Source: Promethearchaeota archaeon (GTDB lineage: Archaea; Asgardarchaeota; Lokiarchaeia; Sigyniarchaeales; SOKP01). From it: a stretch of DNA of 13,715 nt. Below, piece by piece: positions 7,923-13,715 of this stretch. The stretch covers positions 1-13,715 of the forward strand of contig JABXKD010000087.1 in assembly GCA_013375475.1 (NCBI GenBank), written 5' to 3'. The notes beneath the pieces were generated by a model. It saw nothing but the letters and a program-made list of their open reading frames with translations, searched no databases and was not told the origin of the DNA. The translations under genes and the position numbers were made by a program. Each line of letters opens with the position of its first letter. Position 1 is the stretch's first letter.

Positions 7923-10900
7923 TCAATCACCTAAATTTAACAAATTCCGTAATTTATCATCATCTAAGTCTGAAATCCAAGATTCTCCTGTAGAAGCTAC
8001 AATCGCATCAGCCAATTCGCGCTTTTCTTCCAAAAGATTGTCGATTTTTTCTTCAATTGTTCCTTTTGTAATAAATTTATACACATTTACAATCGATTTT
8101 TGACCAATTCGATAAGCTCTATCTGTTGCTTGGTCTTCTACTGCGGGATTCCACCACCTATCTATATGTATAACTGTTGTTCCCTGAGTAAGGTTTAACC
8201 CCGTTCCACCGGCTCTTAACGATAAAATTAATATTGGAGGGCTTTCTAAATCGTTTGATTGAAACTGATCAATAATTTCCCTTCTTTTATTTTCTGGTAC
8301 CCCTCCATGGAAGTAGAGAATCTCAAAGTTGTATTTCTGCTCAAGGACACTTTTTAGAATGTCTCCCATTTGAGTGAATTGAGTAAATATTAAAACTTTT
8401 TCTCCGTTCAGTAGAACCTCATCGGTCATTTCGATCAGTCGTTCTAACTTTTGTGATTGAGATACGAATTCTTGCAAATTTTTCTCTAATTCTAATGATT
8501 CCATATCAAGTTTCAGGTATTGAGAAGGATGATTACAGATCTGTTTTAGTTTTACTAATAGAGCTAGAACTATTCCCCTCTTTTTTCTTATATCTGAAGA
8601 TATATCGGCAATATCTTTCAGAGTGTTCTCTACGAGTTCCCTGTACAATTTAACTTGCGTTTCGGTCAAATCGACGATAATTTTCATTTCGTTTTTATCA
8701 GGTAGATCTTTAATGACGGTCTTATCAGATTTTACGCGTCGTAAGATGAAAGGCGCAATGATTAACCTTAATTTCTCAATGGCATCTTGATTTTGAAAGC
8801 GTTCAATTGGGATGATATATCTGTTTTGAAACTCCTTTCTCTTCCCTAGAAGACCAATATTTAAGAAATTAAATAGTGACCATAATTCGAGCAAACGATT
8901 CTCAATTGGAGTGCCGCTTAGACAGATTTTGAATTGCCCTCTGAGCTTATTTATAGCTTTAGACTGTTGTGAAGTATAATTTTTTATATTTTGGCTTTCG
9001 TCAACGATGATTCCGCTAAAATTGATAGATTCCAATAAATCTATATCGTTTCTTAGCGTTCCATAAGATGTGAGGATAATTCTGTGTGGTTTAATAATTT
9101 CTGGTATGTCTGATGCGTCCTTAATCCGAGAAGGTCCGTAATGGAGCAATATATCTAAATCGGGGGCAAACTTCTTTATTTCTCGATGCCAATTAAATAA
9201 AATTGATGTTGGGCATACAACGATTACGCTTCCAGGCTTTTCAGGATAATTTTTCTTAAGATAGCATAGGAAGGCGATCACCTGAATAGTTTTACCAAGA
9301 CCCATATCATCTGCTAAGCATAATCCAAAATTGAACTTTGTCATGTTGCCCATCCATGTGAGACCTTCTTGTTGATAATTTCTTAAAGTGCCGTTAAATG
9401 ATGATGGGCACGGAATATCTTCAAAAGATTTTACTGTCTGTAATTTACTGATAATATCGTTGAATTCTCCTTCGATAATCACATCGTATTCAGTGCCATT
9501 TTCCCGTAATTGTATCTTCCCAAGCAAACCAACTTTAAGCACATCCATGTAGTTTTCAAACTCAGGGGTTTCTGATTGCTTAAAATCTGCTATTGATTGT
9601 GGATCTACTAAGATCCATTTTCCATCCATGTTAATTAAAGGTTCATCTAAATTGATTAAATCTTTAAATGCTTCATCCGAAATTCTTTTTCCTTCGATTG
9701 TTGCCTCCCATTTGAAATCAAGTATTGAATGAACATCGAAGATTGAAGGCAAACTTTGGAAAGCACCTTCTTTTGTTTTAATACTACTGTTTGAACAAAT
9801 AATGAGTTTAGCTGATAACCTTTGTTTGCCATCTCTTCTGAAGACTTCCGGGAGAATGACGTTAAATCCACTTTGTATTAATAAATCTTTAGGGTATTTT
9901 AGAAAATCAATGACTTCAGATGAAGTAAGAGAAATTTCATCTTGAAGCTTTTCTACTAAAGCTCTTTTTATGGGGGGGAAAACTTTTGAAGCTGTACCAA
10001 TAGCTCTTAAAATTATCTCTAAAAATTCCCCTTTACTATCAATGATCTTTAGTTTTTCTAGTTTCTTTTGGTTGTTTTCTTCCCATAGTTTGTGTAAAGG
10101 AATATTTTGCGCTCTATCTTGAAAGGAAACATAAAAAACTAACGGCCAATCGTTTTTTGGAGTTTCTGGATACTTTAACTCTAAGTTGAATACAAAACCA
10201 TGCTTTAACGTAAATCCTCTCCCTGATTGAGTCCAATTTTTAATCAACGCTGGTAAAATAGTTTCATGGAATGATTGTATTTTAAAATTCGAATCCTTCG
10301 TAATAAGGGATTTTAGGAATTTATAATCCCAACCTGGCCTATAGTCTGAACTGTCCTCTTTTTTTAATTCTTTACTATAAAATTCGTTAAAAGTACGGAA
10401 CTTCATTTTATTTAATGTTGATCGTATCAGATAATCTCCAATAGTATCTATAAAGAATGAAAATAAATAGGATGGGTGCCATAATCCATTAGTTTTGTAT
10501 CCCCCATTAAATTGAATGAAATTTATGGGAATACAAAAAGCCGACCAAGAAGCTCTTTTCAATATTGTTTGAAGTCGATCTTTATCGTTTTGAGATTTTA
10601 GTAGTAAATTCCACTTACCATTATACCCTTTATTTTTGTTGGTTTCCAAGCTAGGAATGAACTGCCCTTTGTTCAATAGTTCGAACACTAATTTTGTTAG
10701 AAAAGACCAAGTCTTAATTGAATTGCTATAATGCTTTATTCCACGATCGACATTATCTAAAATTTCCATTTGAAAAAGTAACTTAACAGCAGGACCAATA
10801 GGTATGATTTTTGCTATACACAGTGATATTTCATAGAAATTTAACGAACTCTTCTCTTGAGAATTATCTGCTATTTCCAAGGGAGGAAACGCCAATTTTA

Positions 10901-11120
10901 TATTGCAGCTAATAAGCTTGTTAACAGGTATCCTTGGAAAGATTTCAGTTATGTGCTTCGAAAGAATGTCTTCTGAGTTATTTGAAGGAATCCATAAAAC
11001 AAAAAAATTAGAATCTTTAGGCAAATCTGGTCCTTCGGAACTTAATTTGAATCCACTTAAGGGCTCATTCCAATAGGAAGAGGGGATAAAACTCAATTCT
11101 AGCTTACTACCAAATTTCAT
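7923..11120 (-). CDS. SNF2/SWI2-family helicase-like ATPase (prokaryotic SSO1653/HelZ/YwqA type, with a DUF3670-like region)
   Basis: LRNYQQEG (Q motif), LADDMGLGKT (Walker A), VCPTS, DESQ (Walker B), SGTPIENRLLELWSL, LRRVK, LKQICNHP, LIFTQF, SLRAGGTGLNLT, WWNPAVEDQATDRAYRIGQ; LDFKWEATI...EPLINMDGKWILVD resembles DUF3670. Confidence 0.96.
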   Translation of the reverse strand: MKFGSKLELSFIPSSYWNEPLSGFKLSSEGPDLPKDSNFFVLWIPSNNSEDILSKHITEIFPRIPVNKLISCNIKLAFPPLEIADNSQEKSSLNFYEISLCIAKIIPIGPAVKLLFQMEILDNVDRGIKHYSNSIKTWSFLTKLVFELLNKGQFIPSLETNKNKGYNGKWNLLLKSQNDKDRLQTILKRASWSAFCIPINFIQFNGGYKTNGLWHPSYLFSFFIDTIGDYLIRSTLNKMKFRTFNEFYSKELKKEDSSDYRPGWDYKFLKSLITKDSNFKIQSFHETILPALIKNWTQSGRGFTLKHGFVFNLELKYPETPKNDWPLVFYVSFQDRAQNIPLHKLWEENNQKKLEKLKIIDSKGEFLEIILRAIGTASKVFPPIKRALVEKLQDEISLTSSEVIDFLKYPKDLLIQSGFNVILPEVFRRDGKQRLSAKLIICSNSSIKTKEGAFQSLPSIFDVHSILDFKWEATIEGKRISDEAFKDLINLDEPLINMDGKWILVDPQSIADFKQSETPEFENYMDVLKVGLLGKIQLRENGTEYDVIIEGEFNDIISKLQTVKSFEDIPCPSSFNGTLRNYQQEGLTWMGNMTKFNFGLCLADDMGLGKTIQVIAFLCYLKKNYPEKPGSVIVVCPTSILFNWHREIKKFAPDLDILLHYGPSRIKDASDIPEIIKPHRIILTSYGTLRNDIDLLESINFSGIIVDESQNIKNYTSQQSKAINKLRGQFKICLSGTPIENRLLELWSLFNFLNIGLLGKRKEFQNRYIIPIERFQNQDAIEKLRLIIAPFILRRVKSDKTVIKDLPDKNEMKIIVDLTETQVKLYRELVENTLKDIADISSDIRKKRGIVLALLVKLKQICNHPSQYLKLDMESLELEKNLQEFVSQSQKLERLIEMTDEVLLNGEKVLIFTQFTQMGDILKSVLEQKYNFEILYFHGGVPENKRREIIDQFQSNDLESPPILILSLRAGGTGLNLTQGTTVIHIDRWWNPAVEDQATDRAYRIGQKSIVNVYKFITKGTIEEKIDNLLEEKRELADAIVASTGESWISDLDDDKLRNLLNLGD

Positions 11121-11317
11121 GTATTAAAAGAGCTCCAAATCTCATTTGTCTTATATTACATTAAATCTATTACTACTAAATAAGTTATTTTGTATTATAA
11201 TATTAAAACTGATGTAATAAACAAAAAGTTATTTGAAATAATGAAAAATGATTGGAATCGAAGCTCTGTTTGTTTTAAAATAAGTTAAAAAATGTAGGAT
11301 TCGTAGAAATAGAATAA

Positions 11318-11335
11318 AAACAAGACTTAAATATA
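11318..11335 (+). promoter_or_regulatory. Putative BRE/TATA promoter of the flavodoxin gene (probably leaderless)
   Basis: AAACAAGA-CTTAAATATA, with the TATA element about 22-29 nt before ATG 11355 and no Shine-Dalgarno sequence. Confidence 0.45.
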
Positions 11336-11354
11336 AGAGAACGCTAGATTACCA

Positions 11355-11819
11355 ATGAAATGTCTATTGGTTTTGCTTTCATATCATCACAAAAATACTG
11401 AGAAAATCGCTAAGGTCTTCGCAAAAGTGCTTGATGCACAAATAAAAGCGCCACAGCAAATAAACCCTGAAGAGCTTCAAGAATATGGTCTACTAGGATT
11501 TGGCTCGGGGATATATGGTGCAAAACACCATGAAGATTTGCTTGACCTTGCCGATAAACTATCACCAGTCACCAACAAGAAAGCATTCATTTTTTCTACC
11601 AGTGCAATAACAGGAAAAGCTAAAGTCGCCGAAGATCACTCACTACTTAGGGAAAAACTGCAATCTAAAGGTTACTTAATCATGGATGAATTTGCTTGTA
11701 AAGGTTTTAACACTAATAGTTTCATGAAATATTTTGGGGGAATGAATAAAGGTAGACCTAATGCTGAAGACCTCAAACATGCTGAGGAGTTTGCTCAGAA
11801 CCTGAAGCAGAATTGTTGA
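11355..11819 (+). CDS. Flavodoxin-family protein
   Basis: SYHHKNTEKIA (FMN phosphate loop), GFGSGIY, AFIFSTS, EFACKG and GRPNAEDLKHAEEFA in 154 aa. Confidence 0.92.
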   Translation: MKCLLVLLSYHHKNTEKIAKVFAKVLDAQIKAPQQINPEELQEYGLLGFGSGIYGAKHHEDLLDLADKLSPVTNKKAFIFSTSAITGKAKVAEDHSLLREKLQSKGYLIMDEFACKGFNTNSFMKYFGGMNKGRPNAEDLKHAEEFAQNLKQNC

Positions 11820-11849
11820 AAAACAAATGTGCTTCTACATTACCATTTG

Positions 11850-12941
11850 TTAAGTTTTTAAAACATTTTTTTCAAACATTTCTTTATCAATCTCTACACC
11901 TAATCCAGGATTCTCTAAGGCTTTCACTTTTCCATTCTTAACCCTTATTGGTTCCTCAAATAATTGGAACTCCTCTGGATAAAAAGGAAACTCACACCAT
12001 TCACATCGTGAAGCCATGATAAAGTGCAAATTAGCTGCTAAAATATGTCCAAATCCAAAAATGTGGGGTATACATTGAACTCCTTTTACCTCCGCCATAG
12101 CATCAATCTTTTTCAATTGTAAAAATCCACCGCATCTGGTAACATCTGGTTGTATTATATCAAAACAATCTCGCGAGAGAATATCTTCAAACCGAAAGAT
12201 GCCCATATCATTTTCACCACCAGCTATCTGTACTGGAGAATTTGTTCTTATCTTTGCTAATCCGTTCAAATTATCTGTCGGTATAGGTTCTTCTAACCAC
12301 AAAACATCGTATTTATCACAAATTTTTGCTACTTTTAAAGCGTCGTTAACAGATTGATAAGCAGAATTTGCATCAACCATAATATCGATATCTGGAAAAG
12401 CATCTCTGACTTCCTTCAAAATTTCTGCGTCTTGGTTAACCCCCATTCCAATTCGTAGTTTTACCGCCTTAAAACCACCTAATTCTGGATTTATTGCGTT
12501 TTCAACAGTTTTGACCGCAGGGTTGGGTTTATAAGCTCGTAAGATAGAAGCGTAACATTTAACTTCTCTTTTTCGACCGCCGAGTAATTTATAAATCGGT
12601 TGGTTAGTTGCTTTTCCCATTATATCCCAACATGCAATCTGTATAGCAGAAGTGGCTTGAGGAATTCCAAACATAATTCTATTAGTGTTTTGATATACTT
12701 CGTGAAAAATTTCCTCAACCATAAAAGGATCTTTGTTCAAAACTAGCCTTCTCAAGGCTTCGTCGATAAATTGCTTTTGAGCTAAGTTGCTTAAATTCCA
12801 GTGCGTTAACGCCCAACCATCAATTCCTTCGTCTGTCTTGATATTTGTATAAACACCACTTGCTTGAAGTCTCGGCATACTTCCAATTTTAATTTTAAAA
12901 TCCATTTTTAAAACATATGTTTTAATATCTGTTATTTGCAT
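11850..12941 (-). CDS. Enolase superfamily, mandelate racemase subgroup enzyme (probable acid-sugar dehydratase/isomerase)
   Basis: SAIQIACWDIMGKATNQPIYKLLGG, GFKAVKLRIG, MVDAN, WLEEP, AGGEN, IIQPDVTRCGG and CIPH. ATG at 12941 (MQITDIKT, preceded by AAGTGGGG) is preferred over the track's 13004 start. Confidence 0.92.
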   Translation of the reverse strand: MQITDIKTYVLKMDFKIKIGSMPRLQASGVYTNIKTDEGIDGWALTHWNLSNLAQKQFIDEALRRLVLNKDPFMVEEIFHEVYQNTNRIMFGIPQATSAIQIACWDIMGKATNQPIYKLLGGRKREVKCYASILRAYKPNPAVKTVENAINPELGGFKAVKLRIGMGVNQDAEILKEVRDAFPDIDIMVDANSAYQSVNDALKVAKICDKYDVLWLEEPIPTDNLNGLAKIRTNSPVQIAGGENDMGIFRFEDILSRDCFDIIQPDVTRCGGFLQLKKIDAMAEVKGVQCIPHIFGFGHILAANLHFIMASRCEWCEFPFYPEEFQLFEEPIRVKNGKVKALENPGLGVEIDKEMFEKNVLKT

Positions 12942-12985
12942 AAATCCCCACTTCAAAAATGATATTAATAATAATACATATTTTT

Positions 12986-12998
12986 TAATTAAACTTTT
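12986..12998 (-). promoter_or_regulatory. Putative BRE/TATA promoter of the enolase-superfamily gene
   Basis: Minus strand AAAAG-TTTAATTA about 45 nt upstream of ATG 12941; resembles the element at 3367-3380. Confidence 0.45.
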
Positions 12999-13061
12999 AG
13001 ACAAACAATTATTTTAATTCTATAGTATATTTCGAAAATAATCGATTAAAAGGGTTCCTTC

Positions 13062-13715
13062 TTGGCTGAATTATTTGGTCCATCATCATCGAAAAAAAAT
13101 CCTTTTGAAGACTTAGCTATAGTCTATGTAATGTATTTTGACGAAGCTCAAGGGCATATGCCCTTATTAATTTACCCCGATGATCAATATAGAAATAACA
13201 AAACATTTATGCGCCCGATTAAATATCATCCTATTTGGTTTTTGACCTTAGACGAATCTGACGCATTAGACCACATAGATCTCGAATTTAAAGGGCTTAC
13301 TTTCTTTGGGAAGAAATTTTTGACGCACTCTAAGAGGGAAAAAAGAAGAGCTGGACTCAAGGAAGAAACGCCTGAAACTATCGTAGTTATATTATCGCTG
13401 CCAGACAAGATTGAACTTTTCGGAGATGAGTTAATTAGACTTCTTACTCAAGCAGTACAAGATAAATACTTTAGATTAATTGAATTAGCAGAACAGTATG
13501 GTGAAGATACTACGCAACTTAGATTTAATCAAGAAACTGCCATTGCAGATATAAATCAAAAATTTGCAAAAGAAGAATTACAAGCTAAACAAGCTAATGA
13601 ACAAGCAAAAATTAAAATGGCTGGTGATGCACTTGGTGCTATTGGTAATTTTATAACTGCATTTGCTAAAGAAGATGAAGAAGCACAACGTAAAGCATTT
13701 AACTTAAATAAAGCA
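13062..13715 (+). CDS. Partial ORF (218 codons, no stop): longin/uDENN-like N-terminus joined in frame to phage tape-measure-like sequence
   Basis: Manual translation from TTG 13062 (upstream in-frame TAA at 13047): MAELFGPSSSKKNPFEDLAIVYVMYFDEAQGHMPLLIYPDD...FFGKKFLTHSKREKRRAG...TIVVILSLP...ELIRLLTQ|AVQDKYFRLIELAEQYGEDTTQL...AGDALGAIGNFITAFAKEDEEAQRKAFNLNKA. The open frame is seen directly; domain labels are from motif recognition only. Confidence 0.75.
   Translation, partial: MAELFGPSSSKKNPFEDLAIVYVMYFDEAQGHMPLLIYPDDQYRNNKTFMRPIKYHPIWFLTLDESDALDHIDLEFKGLTFFGKKFLTHSKREKRRAGLKEETPETIVVILSLPDKIELFGDELIRLLTQAVQDKYFRLIELAEQYGEDTTQLRFNQETAIADINQKFAKEELQAKQANEQAKIKMAGDALGAIGNFITAFAKEDEEAQRKAFNLNKA
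13452..13715 (+). other. Compositionally foreign segment resembling a tailed-phage tape measure protein gene
   Basis: Only 6 of 88 codons end in G/C, versus 42 of 130 upstream in the same frame; the peptide is Ala/Gln/Glu/Lys-rich and helical. Confidence 0.6.

Noticed and set aside
6363-9871. Track ORFs 6363..6551, 7808..7993, 8453..8653 (+) and 9656..9871 (-)
   Set aside because: Short antisense or alternate-frame ORFs inside the peptidase, SWIM and SNF2 genes. SNF2 is uninterrupted, so 9656..9871 is not a frameshift fragment.
6992-11120. SNF2-SWIM pair as a named defence system (DISARM, Zorya, BREX)
   Set aside because: None of the partner genes (DNA methylase, PglZ, ZorAB, nuclease) is present, and the neighbours are metabolic genes.
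11241-11288. Short ORF ATGAAAAATGATTGG...TAA and a GGAATCGAAG segment faintly like a CRISPR repeat end
   Set aside because: Only 15 codons; single copy with no spacer periodicity and no cas genes.
12942-13004. N-terminal extension MSKSLIKKYVLLLISFLKWGF of the enolase-family ORF, superficially a signal peptide
   Set aside because: It overlaps the predicted TATA box and RBS; the family-typical start is MQITDIKT at 12941.
13226-13408. Track ORF 13226..13408 (-)
   Set aside because: Antisense shadow of the longer plus-strand ORF starting at 13062.

Overview
AT-rich, gene-dense window that reads as archaeal (BRE/TATA-like promoters, GGTGA/GAGGAG-type ribosome-binding sites, probable leaderless starts). 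An ORF with a longin/uDENN-like N-terminus suggests Asgard archaea (Lokiarchaeia-like), which is an inference. Gene order: partial GH2 beta-mannosidase (missed by the ORF track), MBL-fold hydrolase, ICMT/Ste14-family methyltransferase and a membrane protein (all minus); FkbM methyltransferase and MFS transporter (plus); M24 Xaa-Pro peptidase, SWIM zinc-finger protein and SNF2 helicase (minus); flavodoxin (plus); mandelate-racemase-subgroup enzyme (minus); and a partial ORF from 13062 (plus, also missed by the track). Two features stand out. First, the last ORF switches in frame near 13450 from an Asgard-like longin/DENN domain to phage tape-measure-like sequence, with GC3 falling from about 32% to about 7%; this is most simply an assembly chimera but could be a real junction. 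Second, a 43-bp imperfect direct repeat (1967-2009 and 3532-3574) contains a promoter and start codon and brackets two membrane-protein genes. No rRNA, tRNA, CRISPR array or transposase was seen, and I cannot claim a clearly new multi-gene system from the sequence alone.
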